Source: Amoebidium appalachense
Lineage: Eukaryota > Protista > Ichthyosporea
DNA: 64,000 nucleotides
Reading direction: 5' to 3'
Assembly (NCBI GenBank): GCA_963693365.1
Contig: CAVNZM010000001.1
Location: 17,656,783-17,720,782 of the forward strand
Shown: piece after piece, positions 13,173 through 61,271 of the stretch
How the letters are laid out: the number at the start of each line of letters is the position of its first letter
Position numbering within the stretch: the stretch's first letter is position 1
Made by a program: the position numbers and the translations under genes
The notes under the pieces: generated by a model
What the model saw: only the letters and a program-made list of their open reading frames with translations
What the model was told of the DNA's origin: nothing
The model's database searches: none

Positions 13173-13997
13173 CTATAGCACTGTTAACACGTGCAAGTGC
13201 CACACAAGCTGGGCACTGGGAGAGGGGGGGGGGGGGGAGGGAGAAGGGGGGGGGGGGGGGGGGGGGGGGGGGTTGCTAAGGAATATGCATTTGATTTTTG
13301 TGGAGCGAAGAGAAAAACGTTGGTGCTGTGGCTTTTTGGCTGAGTTTTTTGCTTCCCTCTATGACATGCAGCGCGGCTTCATGCAAAGGCACTCGGTGAA
13401 GGGGTTGAGATTGTGCCCCGGCGGGGCCCACATGCTGCAGCAGCCACCGGGGTGGTGCTGGCTGTGCAGCCGGAGCGCTGGGGGGGCATGAAGGTGGGCA
13501 AGAAGCATGCAGTGGTGCGGGTGGATCAGGTGCTGTCGCCGGCCATGCAGGTGCCCTTTGGCCCCGACAAGGGCAAGACCCTGGGAGAGCTGGGCCCGCC
13601 GCCCTTTGAGCTGATGGTGCACCTGCAGTGGCTACGGCCCATTCAGCCCCCACCGGACCCAGGTGCCGAGGTGCCGGTGGTCCCTGACCCAGCCCCTCCC
13701 CCTGCCGAGCAGCAGCAACCCCTTGCCGGCCCACAGGCACCCCCCCAGGACCCCCAGGCAGCCCCGGGGGGCCTTGAGGCAGCCCCAGGGGGACCCGAGG
13801 CAGCTCCCAGAGAGGGCATGTTGGGCCAGGCACCGCCTGGGGAGGTGGTGTGGCAGACTGTGCTGAATGACGCCTTCCACTCCATTGCAAACACGGCGGA
13901 CGGCACGTACAAGTCACACCCCCGCAGGGCTGAGTACGCACGCGCACTCAGCGAGGCAATATTTGTGTGGAATGAAGAGGATTACGGACATGTGAAG
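8824..13997 (+). CDS. Mutator-like DDE transposase with internal DEDDy 3'-5' exonuclease, 5' four exons (8824-9973, 10937-11125, 12093-12923, 13372-13997; 932 codons); 3' end broken
   Basis: Exon phases join in frame (2796 nt). N-terminal GGAREGAGRKK; Cys/His region resembling DUF6729 from memory (CP...RRVIDFDSCYY...YFCDTC...FPAYLSHRSGLD); LKADHTF (D1); WTCVNELG|EIRAQVF; PAFFYTDRCC (D2); exonuclease VVGLDCEW / LQIA / KVG..IGTD / SNW..PLS..Q..YAALDA; NDAFH (DxxH). Confidence 0.85.
11700..12005 (+). repeat. G-rich minisatellite in transposase intron 2
   Basis: About six variants of gggcacatgggttt(g/a)ggggg...ggaaaggattgt at ~11702, 11738, 11788, 11826, 11893 and 11957. Confidence 0.75.
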
Positions 13998-14159
13998 GTG
14001 CCCCCCTCCCCCCCCCCCCCCCCAAAATAAAAAATAAAAAATAAAAATAAAAAAAACGGCAACAACAACATGCGTGACTGACGCGCACACACACATACAC
14101 TCGTTAGCACACACTCACCATTCCACCCACAACCATGCACACCTTCGACAAAACTTCTG

Positions 14160-17690
<3,531 letters not shown>

Positions 17691-18693
17691 GCTTGGCCCC
17701 AAATTTACCTTGCCGTTTTTAGCGAATGTATTTTTTATTCATGAGTTCTAGTGATTCAGTGAGTGCACGTGCCTGCCTCAGGCTGATCATGACAACTGCA
17801 ACACACCATTCCTACATGGATATCAACCAAAAGAAAATAGTATATACTGTGGTGGTCTCCTAAACCTTGTGCGGCATGCGCATACATGATATTACAGTGA
17901 CGCATGTGCATATTATTGTTCTGTACACCGGAGTGTGCCGGTGCACGTGGCTGTTTTGTGCACATGTTACAATAGCAGCACGATCTCCCTAAACTCCATG
18001 TTTACACATCCCTCACCCTGGCTCTGCCTTGTCGGTGCTCCAAAACACACATACAAATCCCCCTAGACTCAGTGCCTGCACATGGTCGCATTCACGTGCA
18101 GGTCACGTGACACATGCGATGCCATACTGCCGTCTACAGCAACAACCACGGCAGCATGTATACCGGCCCAGCACGAAATATACTTATCGGCAGCCCACTG
18201 AACTCGCCCATTTTCTCTTTTTCATGTATGTCCCTCCTTTTTTGTAAAATCACCCTTTTTGGCCTCCCGGTAGTGGATTTTGCAGGATTTGACTTCTTTG
18301 AGGTCCAAAAACCTCAAATTTTCCCCGGCGGGGCCGGGGAGGGAGAATTCAAAAATTGCCCGCTCCTGATATGGTACCCGGGCCAGATTCTCCCGGATGA
18401 TAGTGCTGAGAGCATTTCAAAGATAGTGCTGAGAGCATTTTCAAAGATCCATGTGGGACAACATGAGCCCTAATATAGTGTTTTTAGCTATTTAATTCGT
18501 GTGGCTTACTTGTAACCTGAGCCCTTGGAAATCTTGTACACAACCTGTTAGATCCTGCGTGGATCCAGTTAGCAACACGGGAGGCGTTTAAGTCTGAGCT
18601 CGGCTCGCTCGCTTAGATCTACCTGTAAGGTCCTCAGCTAACACGTACTGACGTGTTGCCGCACGTGCGACGTTTTAACATCTACTCAGGCGG

Positions 18694-18732
<39 letters not shown>

Positions 18733-18770
18733 AGACACCGCCTCAGTAGGTGGTAGGGTCCTCAGCAGAC

Positions 18771-30600
<11,830 letters not shown>

Positions 30601-30712
30601 GAGCCATGCATGTGGATGCCGAGGACGTGTCTTTCTTCCTTCTGCAAAAAAGCTGTGGATGAATTCACCACCTTATGCTACACATGTGCGCATGCATACG
30701 CACGTGCACACG

Positions 30713-30772
<60 letters not shown>

Positions 30773-31453
30773 ACTATCACCCAGGCACGACACACGCATA
30801 CGCACAAAGTCCTGTATTCCAAATATGTCTGTTGGCACGCATGCAAGAACATTCACCAAATTAAATTGGCCACACTTGCATGTAGGTTTAAACCCTAATA
30901 AATAGTTATCCCCAACTGAGGTACATTGTCAGGAGTTGTGAGTATTAGCCCGTGTTTCATCCAATCATTCATATGGCAGCTTTGTGGGTTAATGTGTACA
31001 TATTGTGGCAGAAGAATATATCGGATTCCTACTATGAATATGAATGACCGGGCCGCCATGCCTGAGCCGAGAAAAATGTGTCTAGCCGAATGACCCCTGC
31101 ATGGTTTACAAAAGATACCGTGATGCCAATAAACCTAAATGGTGTGTGTGATGTGTTGAGTGTTCTTATTGTGTGATACCGACCCATGTAGATACGCAAG
31201 CAATCATTCAAGAGCTGTATGACCCTATATATCTCCAGAAAAGGGGGGGATGATACGCCTATGTTTCATTGCCGATTTGAAAACATGAACATCTAATTTC
31301 GCCAAATTCCCATAGTACAGGCTGCGCCGGGAAAACACATGATGCCTGTCTCGTGTGCCCTGAATATACACTCTTAGATTTATCAGCTAAAATAAGGATG
31401 CGACAAATCCATAACATATAGCTGACTCCATACCTGAAATTGTGTCAGGGGTG

Positions 31454-31495
<42 letters not shown>

Positions 31496-31629
31496 CGGAA
31501 AACTGATTTCAATGATACGTATACAGAATCTAGAAGGCATCAAACTTGAAATCATAGCAATTTAATCGGGCAAGAGCATCAATTCAAGAACCAATTATAA
31601 TTTCCCTGCCCTAATAGTATATTGCGGCT

Positions 31630-32977
31630 TTAATTTCCGGCCAGGATTTTTTTTTTTTTGGTAGCGCCACTAGTGGGATTTAATTTTTTTGGGTGCTGTT
31701 GCAGATTGCGGGAACTAGCGAATCTTGCACCACATCCAGGAATGGTGCACTCGTACGGTTTCTCCCCTGTGTGTGTTCGGAGGTGTCTGTTGAGATTGCC
31801 TCTAAGCGCAAATGATGCTGAGCATTCAGCATATGGGCACTTATAGGGCTTCTCACCCGTGTGTGTTTGCACGTGCCCTGCCAGATTAATCTTTTCCACA
31901 AAGGCTGCACTGCACCCAGGGTAGGTGCACTGGTGGGGCTTATGCCCTGTGTGTCCATGCTGATGTCTGACCAATGGGATGGCCGTGCGGAGCGGTAGGT
32001 GCACCCATCGTATGTGCATGTGAAGGCCCTCCCCAGTATGTGTGCGCATATGGCGTCGTAGGCTCACCCTCGTTGCAAAGTTTGCACCACAGCCGGGCTC
32101 TGTGCAAAGAAAAGGTCTCTCCCCCGTGTGCGTGCGCATGTGATCTCTGAGTGTACTTCGCTCTGCAAACTTATGCACCACAGCCCGGCTCTGTGTCTGT
32201 GCACGAAAAAGGTCTTTCCCCAGTATGGGTGCGAAGATGAACTGTCATGGGAGATGACTTACTGAACGCAAAACCACAGCCATACTTGCATTTGTATTTC
32301 ATCCCAACGGATTCCGTTACTGCACGCCTTTTTCGGTTGCCAAGGCGCTTCTCCGTTTCAGAACTCACCCTCGGTCCTTCTCCTTTCTCACTCCACTCTG
32401 CCATCCTTGTTTCTCCACCACCCGTTTTTTCCCTGTATCTTTCTTCCTTGTGTTGGTTTCTGTTTCCTTTAACTCTGCTAGTGGGTGTGTGAAGTGTCTT
32501 GCTTTTCTGTGTCTTTAAGGGTGCCTGCACTCGTGTGAGTGATGATTCTGCCGCTGGTGTGTTGGCATGTGCCCGGCCATGAGCTGATTGGTCGCCACTG
32601 CTGTCCGACGAGTTGCCCACCTATCCTCTCTTCTCCCTCTGGCCCGTGTGGGCCGTGCTCTCTGTGCCCGCCTCCTCCTTCACCTTCCTCTTGCACGTGG
32701 ACAGGGGTTGGGTGGGGGGGTGGATGTTGGCTGAACTGAGAACTTCAGGTTCGGGATTGACTGCACGTGGCTCAGGCTTGCAGGTGCACACGTGTGCACT
32801 CTGTGTGGTGGGGCATGGGTCGGTGGGTGTGGTGTCTGCAACCACGTGTGTGGTTGGCTCTGACTTGATGTGCCCTGGGTGGGCAGTAGGTGTGGCTGTG
32901 GGTTCGTGCTTGCATGTGCACGTGTAGGTGGAGGTGTGTGCAGTGTGCCCTGTGGCTGCCTGTGCGATCATTTTCAT
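31630..32977 (-). pseudogene. Intronless C2H2 zinc-finger gene (~7 fingers) with nonsense and frameshift lesions
   Basis: HTGE(R/K)P(F/Y)xCxxxGC repeats. In-frame TAG at 32621-32623; +1 base near 32173; one finger shifted between two indels at ~32025 and ~31972. N-terminal KxEP repeats. Confidence 0.8.
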
Positions 32978-33380
32978 GCTTGGCACAATATCGATCGTTG
33001 TGAAAGTGGTGTATTACTGCACAAAAGCAAAAGCCTATTTCCAAACTACTTGTCCTCCTGCGATACTGTATATTGCCAGATAGATAACTAAGAAAAAAAG
33101 CATGCCTGACTTAAAGAGGAAAAAGTAACGAAAATTTCAGAAAGAAAAAGCCGTTGAGCCAAGTTGCACACTATTGATTATGTGTATGACTTGTGGCAAG
33201 GGAATTCATTGGAAACTATTTGTTTACTGCAAAAACACAAAAAAGAAGAAAGTTTGAATCCACTGTTTATACAGTATGTTGCCCGGTGATCAATCCACTT
33301 CATCCTATTTTGATTACTGTTGCACGGTGAGCAATCCACTTCATCCTATTTTGAACATTGTGTCTGCTGGTTCGTGTGAT

Positions 33381-33414
<34 letters not shown>

Positions 33415-33807
33415 ACAGAAACGAAGTTTCTCTCTATAGCCTCTCACTGCCTTGTTGCTGCTTCACAGATATGGTAGTATCGTGTTGCAGCAGTTTCACG
33501 TGGTCTGCACCGCTATCAGCAAATTCTTTATGACCCGTGACCGCACCTTCACCGGACACAGCCCGAGTCTTTCGTTGTCATGTCACATAGCTATCAGAAT
33601 AAATGTGGAGCAGAGGCAGGATTCGGTCCTGTGACCTCTGTAAGAGACAATCACTTCCACATAGCGGATCGAGAGCAGAGAGGTACGCAGGAAGTGGTTT
33701 GAGATCTCAGTTCCTCCGGTACCATCTGAGGATGGTCCGGCTGCGTTATATACCTGCGCGGATGCCAGTTCGCGAATACATCGTCCAATAGTAGGATTAC
33801 AGATAGT

Positions 33808-34165
33808 TGAGCGTAATCAGCGGCATAGTATAGGGGGAGCCATGAGGCTCGGGCAGGGTCTCGGCGGATCTGGTCTCTGCCTATGACTCCAAGTACAAAT
33901 TCATATGCGTGTGATTGTGGGACACTCTCACTCATACATCTCGGCGGCGGGAGTGAGCTCGCCCCGAGCTCATAGCAGTGCGCAGTGGAAAGCGGCTAGG
34001 CCATCAGAGGGCGGTCGGGCTGTCTCTGCTACCATATATGAGCGTAATCAGCGGCATAGTATAGGGGGAGCCATGAGGCTCGGGCGGATCTGGTCTCTGC
34101 CTATGACTCCAAGTACAAATTCATATGCGTGTGATTGTGGGACAATCTCACTCATACACTCTCGG
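33808..34165. repeat. Direct repeat, two ~130-bp copies (33808-33944, 34039-34165)
   Basis: tgagcgtaatcagcggcatagtatagggggagccatgaggctcggg...ctcactcataca occurs twice; copy 1 has an extra 11 bp. Confidence 0.9.
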
Positions 34166-34478
34166 GATAGAGGCGAAGGGAGTCTCTGTGTGTGATCTTA
34201 TCTACATAATAACTGTGTTATTGTGTTGTGCCTTCTGTGCAGCACGTGAGACAGTTTGTGTGCATGTGTGCCTTACGCACGTTTGTGCGGCAACAGCGTG
34301 TGTGCCGGAGCACGTGCGCTTGTAAAGTGTGTGTGTGTGTGTGTTTAGCAGTGTATGCAAGGTAAAGAAGGGGAGCAAATGTGTGTTGCTACAAACGTGT
34401 TGTGTGTGTGCACACATGTAGGTGTGTGTGTGTGTGGGTGTGTGCGTGAGTGTGTTCGTGTGTGTTGTAGGTTTGTGG

Positions 34479-34527
<49 letters not shown>

Positions 34528-35090
34528 GGACATTTGCAGGCAAATAACGATGCATCCAAATTTGTTTTGGTAACACAAACCTTTATTGCTCTGTTTTGCT
34601 TGGTAGCTGGTTTGTGTCCTTGAGATGGGGCGGTTGGTTGATGCAAGTGCTCACAGTACTTACATCACCCGTATAAGTGTTTCCATGCAACGATCTAGAG
34701 GTATCCAACGTACTAATATCGTTAATGAATACATGCAACAGCCAGTGTTGCTTACACTTCACAATTTGACGTATGCTTTGGTGAGTGCCTATGTGTCTGT
34801 CTGTGCGTCTATACACAAGCAGGCAAACACGCTGAAGGGGAGGGTGGGTAATGAGGGCTGGGCAAGACACTGCTGTAGCCGTATGTGTGTGGGCGTGTCT
34901 TGTCTCTGTGTACGTGTGTCTGATGTGTTGTTTTGGGAGGGAGGGGATGGGGGGCAGGGAACATAGTTGAGGGTGTTTTGGTGGATGCGCAATTGTTTTT
35001 CCCAGCCAGAAGGCTTGTGTTACGTGCACGCAAACACATGGGCATAGGTGCGAATATGCGGCCTAGACTTCTTCTTCTTTTTTTTTAATA

Positions 35091-35125
<35 letters not shown>

Positions 35126-35129
35126 GGGG

Positions 35130-36842
<1,713 letters not shown>

Positions 36843-37666
36843 CACACTGTGAAACCGACATCCGTCAACTTCATTACATAGGTTTGGCAAACAGTTCACA
36901 AATTTTGATTGGCTGCATCGTCTACCCCTGTAGCACCGGGTCCACGATTCCTGGTTGACCGTCGGAGGCCGCATGGCCGCAGACGCTCTTGTGACTCATG
37001 GCTGAAGTCCAAGAATCAAGCATTGAAAAACCCCCCTGCTATACAGGCATATGACTGCACGGCCACGTATTAGAATCCCCAGATTGACACAAAAACCCAC
37101 CGGTTATAATTAACTTTCATACCACTACTATTCACAAAAGTGCCCCACGGCAGTATACGCATGTAGAGTGACAGGGAGAGTCTGTCTGGCCGTCAGGCTG
37201 GGTCCGCATTGCTGAATGCCCCGATGCATCAGCTCAATTGTCGCTGCAAACAAGTGCACAGGAGCAAATGTTATTGGGAAAAACTTTCTTTGTCTTTACT
37301 TTCCACACTTTTACTATTGAATATTGCAACATCATGATCAATGTTGCAGACCCGTACATCTTTTGAAAAAGTTGAGCCATATGCATTTTGGGCGGCTGAC
37401 GTCACTCTGAGCACACTTGGATTTTACTGGCTCAATATCATGGCCGTTATCACTTATCTATGATGCCTGGGCCACCGAAAACAATAGCATTACAGTACAA
37501 ATAGTAATTTTTGTGATATAAAATGCGTCGAAGACATGAGTTTGGCCAGATTGTGCCGGTATGGGGTGTAAAAGTCTATAGGCTAGTGCACGGGCACCAC
37601 AGATGGCCCACAATGCACGGCAACCTGGTCTCCTAGATCAACACCTGGTCTAGGAGGGTTTTGGGT

Positions 37667-37698
37667 CTGATTGGCTGTACAGTATTTTTGGCGGGAAA
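37667..37698 (+). promoter_or_regulatory. Inverted CCAAT box plus E2F-like site just upstream of the SWIM gene ATG
   Basis: ctgATTGGct at 37667-37676 and TTTGGCGGGAAA at 37687-37698, 36 bp before ATG 37734. Motif match only. Confidence 0.4.
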
Positions 37699-37733
37699 TA
37701 TTGTGATATTTGATTTCTCGTTTTCCAAACGTT

Positions 37734-55032
<17,299 letters not shown>

Positions 55033-56086
55033 TAAAGCGTGTGTATTCGTATCATGGCATACTGGGTGGTATTGTTGTTAGCAAGGAGCAGGTATCTTGT
55101 GTGGATTAAGTTCAGGTAAAAGTAGTACGTTTCCTTTAATCTGTTTCGGTGGTTCGGAAGTGAACGAATGTAAGTTCTGTTGCTTTTAAGGTATGAATTT
55201 TTGAGTGCATTATGCATCTACCTACGCATGCATTATGTGTCTTATTTGTCTATGCTCATAGAAATTCGTAGGTGAATAGCCTGTAAGGTATCGCTGTGTA
55301 TACATTGTGTGTGAGCAGGTGACCCTATGGGGGCAGGGGGGGGGGGGGGGGTTTGTAATTGTTTCACTGTAGTTAAAAGCAAAAACGCATTAGAATTAGA
55401 AAAGGCATTTTCTCTCGTCTTGTGTATACATGATTAATAAATTTGTAGGTTAGGTGGTGTGGATCTTAGCTCCGTTTGAAAAGACCGAGTCAGATGCACC
55501 CTGCAAATTGAATGTGCCTGTGCAGGTGCGGTTGTTTATCTCCCATGTCTTGGCTTTACTCAACTTGTATTTGACTATGATGTGTTCAGCATACAAACAA
55601 ATGCATGTTTGACACAAATACTGCATGCCCAACTGCCCGAACTGCCTTTTCAACCCCCCCCCCCCCCCCCCCCCCCCCCCTCCCGCCCGGCCCCCGGTGC
55701 CTCCGGGCTCCCCGCCATTACAAATAAAAGCCACACCAATGAAAACATTCCTGCCTTGTGCACTTGCACGTGAATTCATTACATACTCGAGCCCCCCATT
55801 TTCTGCTTATCACCCCTTCAACCTATGCAAAAGAGCAACTCTAACAGCCCCATTCGTTGGTTGGGTGGGATCTTAGGCCGTGCATATACATACTTTGTCC
55901 CTGTAGCAGTCGGGGATTCCTCTCCTTCTCAATACTAACCGGCTTTTTATATTTCCCCCCCCCCCCCCCCCCCCCCCCCCTTGCTCCCCCCTTCCCCTCC
56001 CCCCCCCCTCCCCCCCTGCTCCCCCCCTTCCCCCTGCCCCCCCCCCCCCCCCCCCTCCCCCTTCGCCCCCCCATCCCCTCCCCCCT

Positions 56087-56120
<34 letters not shown>

Positions 56121-56254
56121 ATTACACCCCCCACCCCTGGGCCGTCAACCCCACACCACTCCCACCGTAGCAGCCCCCCTCCCTCCCCCCCAGATCTCTC
56201 CGGCTTTAGATGTTCCACCCGTGCATCCACCCTACAGCACTGATATGAGGCAGT

Positions 56255-56286
<32 letters not shown>

Positions 56287-56308
56287 GGGGGGGGGGGGGG
56301 GCAGCAGA

Positions 56309-56350
<42 letters not shown>

Positions 56351-57164
56351 GGAGAGAGGGGGGGGGGGGGGAGCAGCAAAGGTTAGGTGGCAAGGGTTTT
56401 ATCAACGACAATTGCATATCTTATGGCATCAAGCTTCCGTATGTACGTCACTCTTGTGTATACATAGTATATAAATATTCATGAGTCGGAGATGATAAGC
56501 CATATCAATAGAAAACATAGCAATGCCACAACATAAATAGATTCACAAAGACAGCCCGACTACTGTGTATATATCTGTCCAGCAGGCAATAACACAGGAA
56601 TTGAATTATACTGCAACGGTTCGACTGCCTTATAACCAACAAAGAAATGACCTTCAATTCAGAAATGCTTTCTACTCCCCAACAAGAAATTGGAAAACCT
56701 CATAACGGCGCGAATGTTTCAGCAAAAGGCGCAGCGGGTGCACATACACGGCTACAGATACATTTATTTATTTAGCTACCCCGATGGCTTCAAAATAGAA
56801 CTCGCAGTCACATTTCATGGCAACGTTTTCTTTCGATACACAACTTGAGGCATCCAGAATGGAAATCACCAACACGCCATTTATCCAATCCATAATAATT
56901 CAGTTTTCATGCCCTATTCTACCATCACGCAGGCCACGCCAGCACACCCATGCACTGCCTAGGGAATAGACAGGCCATCAGCCAGGGGTGTTGCGTGGAT
57001 GTCCACCGTGTCTGACGTGTGAGATGCCTTTTTAGGACTCCGCCCAGCCAGCGGGCTGAATATGGTCCTGCTTTGTGCTTACGGTCAGTGTACCAAGCCC
57101 GCATGAATACACCCGTAAACCAGTTGCAAAATCATTCTCCCACCTACGGCAACCTGCATGCCCT

Positions 57165-57202
<38 letters not shown>

Positions 57203-57422
57203 AAAATATATATATATATATTTGTATATATAAATAAATAAATAAAAATAAATAAATAAAGAAAGAAATAAAGTAAAACAAAGGGAATAATGTGACTTTA
57301 AACAAACAAAAAAAAAATATAAGGAAAAAAACCACACACATGCCTCCCAATTACATACAGCCACCCACCTACCTACAAAAAAGAAAATGCCACCTCGAGG
57401 CACCTCAATGACTTCCAGCGAT

Positions 57423-57453
<31 letters not shown>

Positions 57454-57672
57454 TCCCCCCCCCCCCCCCCCCCCTCCTTCATGCTCCTTCCCTCCGGGCT
57501 CTATCACATCTTCCCTTTGCCCCCCTCCCCTACAGCCAATCCTGTGGCTTCCGTGCCGAGTTCTCCTAGAAACCTCCCCCCCCCTCCCCTCCCCCCTCCC
57601 CAGTTTGCTGGCCAACCAATAAAGCTTCAACCTCCCATGTTTGTGTGTGTATGCTACTACAAGCGGGACCAC

Positions 57673-57831
57673 CTACGCGCTCAGCTTAGACAGGGACCTG
57701 TTGAGGGTCACCTCTGACGGATGGCTGCCCTCCTCTGTCGGTGGGCTCACACTTGCCCTATATGGCCCCATGTCATTTCAAGCCCCATGCATAGACAACC
57801 AGCAGTCGTTTGCTTCCCTCGACTCCTACAT

Positions 57832-57871
<40 letters not shown>

Positions 57872-57890
57872 GCACGCGCGCACACACACA

Positions 57891-57951
<61 letters not shown>

Positions 57952-58322
57952 CACATGCCATATACACATGCACATCCCGACACCCTGTCTCAATCAGTAA
58001 ACATACAAAAAGCAAAGCCTCACCTTCCGCCCGTGAAAATGCTCGTGAAAGAAGTCATGGAGGGGGACTTTTTGATGGGACGTGGTGACTGGGCGGGGGA
58101 CGGAGGTTGCTTGGTTTCGTTCAGTTTCATCATGCTCAAAATCCCCTCGGCCTCCTCCTGGGTGTAGGGCCCGGGGGGAATCTTGCACCGAAAAATTTCC
58201 CGGTAATTTTGAATCCAGATTTCGGCCATCTTGGCATCTCCCTGGTTGGAGCCGCATGCATCCCTACAGATGCTGATGCCGACACTGTGTGTGGTGTTGT
58301 GTGTGTGTGTGCGTGTTCGTGT

Positions 58323-58385
<63 letters not shown>

Positions 58386-58831
58386 GGTGGATTGTGGGGG
58401 GAGGGGGGGGCGTGTCTGTGTAAGTGCATGGTAGTATGTTTGGGGGGGGGGGTCAATACTTCTACCAGTGGGTGTTCATGGTGAGAAATGGTTTATGTGA
58501 AAATGTGTATTAGGTGTGCAAATGGCGTGTGTACAATTGTGTGAGCTTGTGAGTGTGTTGTCTGTGTGCGTATTTGAAGCGGGTGAGGGGGGGGGGGGGG
58601 GAGAAGGGAGGGGGGTGCAGGGAGGAGGGAGGGACGATGGAAAGGGGGAAAGGGAGATAAAAGGGTGTCTGAAAGGCACAGAGGAACAAGGGAAACAGGA
58701 ATACACCAACCAGATGCCGAGGTTTGAAGGGGTCATCTCGTTGACTGCGCAGTTGCTGAAGATGTTGTGCAGCAGCGCAATCGTCAGCTTAAGCGTGTTC
58801 ATGTTAACCTCTGGAAGCTTGTCCAGGATGG

Positions 58832-58909
<78 letters not shown>

Positions 58910-59655
58910 TTACGTGTCAGTTTTAGAAGCAGCATTCTTTTGCTAAGCCCACCTCTCAGACTTATCACCATCGAAATACAACTGCCTGATGCCCTGCAAC
59001 CTACTAACTGCATTTGTACTGACTGCCTATCTCTCCCCATCCTAAATTCCATGTTTTATTTAAGAAAACAGATTTTCAGACAGTTAAACACCAAATCCTT
59101 AAAGAAATAAGCACGTCTTTCATGTTCCTTTTTCTTATGGGCAGGGAACGTACTGTGCATGGCGACCAGCTCGACCTTATCGAGCTTTACCACGGACTGG
59201 TTGCCTTTTCTTCCCCGTAGGGCCTCCAGGTAGCGGGACAGATAGGGGCCCATGTCTGCGGGAATCAGTGGCTGCACAATGCCCCATCAGTCCTATGTTG
59301 CTCCTGATATGTGCCCCCCACCCCCCTCATCCCTCCCCCCCCCCCCCCCCAAATCATACCACGCTTTTACTGTACACGTGCTATACAGTGGTGATCTAAT
59401 AAGTATAAGGTGGCATCGTTTGCATGCCCAAACAACACACACACACACCAGTGTACACGGTCATGTATCGCCAAATGTAGTTTGATAGACCACATAATAC
59501 CGCAACACACACACGTCACATTCACAACAGACACCCAGAAAGATAGCCTACCTGAAAATTACAACATCCTTGATTTTATACTAAACACGCGTAACTACGA
59601 CCTGTTTATTAGATGTATTGATTGGCTTGGGAAACACCTTAATTCTAGCGCGCGC

Positions 59656-59753
<98 letters not shown>

Positions 59754-60514
59754 ACACACACACACACACACAACCAGCTGATACCGAGTGTCCCAGGGGA
59801 GCCCGGAAAAAAAGAAAAAAAAAACGGGGAACCCCAACTAATTGATTTTTCTTAGTCTTTATGGTGTCTCGTAGAGAAAGTAAACCCTGATATATAATCA
59901 TTACCCGACATCTATGTACGTGATCATAATATACCGCTGAGGGGATATTCCGAGCAAAACCCCCCCATACCTGAGACTGGTCTCTCTTTGCCTCGAGTGA
60001 ACAGCGCCATATATATATCATAATATATGCGCGGGCGTGTGTATCTGTGTATTGGTATGTGCGCATGTGTGTGTTTCATATGAGATTAAAATAAACCAAA
60101 TACATTATATAACTCTGCCCACCATCTATTCAAACACACACAGACGAACCTGAGTAATTGTATTCAGTGCAACCTAAATAAAGTTCAAACCCAAAAAATA
60201 AAACTGATGGCAACCCTCTCTTCGGCACCTGTCTTGTACACACTGCAACTTTGTCGTTCACCCTGCTTTATCTAGCAACCCCGAGCTACAGACACTGATT
60301 ATATGTGTAGGGACACTTGGTATGGGTATACAATACTCGAACAAAAGCCAAACAGGCATCACAAGGGGTGGACCATACCTCCCGCATGGTCCGTAGATAG
60401 TATTGGAATACCCCGGCAACGTCATGGGCAAATGCTGTTGGCTGCCCCTCAGCATCCTATTGGGCCCAAATCATGTCTGGTGGTTAACATACAACATGCA
60501 ACCTCGGACTGCTC

Positions 60515-60548
<34 letters not shown>

Positions 60549-60774
60549 CCTCGTCCATAAAAGACCATCCAGCCAACCGACCTTACCATTCTGAAATGTC
60601 GTGGTCCGTTTCTTGACATACAGCCATGGTAAGGGAGAGAACAAGCCTAAAGCAAAGCAAAAGAGCTAAAAGAGTCGCAGGCATGGTGATCGATTCTACT
60701 AAACTTCACAAAAATACTATCCAACCACCATCTGACTCAACTACAGTAACAACTACGAGGACTATTTTTTATAA

Positions 60775-60810
<36 letters not shown>

Positions 60811-61240
60811 CACGAACTGTGGAGGTCCCGGTGAATGTATGTATGGAAGGGCAATCGAAAAACAAGAGAAGAGAAACCAGACAGGAGAGAACCGGCGGAG
60901 CGGGAAGAGGGGGGAGGGGGGTTTATATGAATGCACACCTCGAAGAGGGAGCGCTTGACAATAGCTTTCCTATTGAGCACGTCCACGTCTCGACAGTTGC
61001 TCAGATAGTCGTTATCATACTGTTCGAAGTACTGCAGGAACAAAAGTTGTCACATGTGAGCAGCATTGAAAGGAGAAACAACAACTGGATTCTTGCTGGA
61101 ATTAGAAGGCATGAATATAATGATCATGGTATCATCCAGGGGTATTGTTCAAGACAAGCATTAGGCCCGTGAGGATGATATTGTAGAGATAAATCTCCCT
61201 CGTGGCGTAGTAGAAAACAAAAAAGTGATCAAGATGTCTT

Positions 61241-61271
<31 letters not shown>

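Noticed and set aside
18625-18770. Poly-A run between two ggtcctcagc repeats as a retro-insertion
   Set aside because: The second repeat does not abut the A-run, and homopolymers are ubiquitous here.
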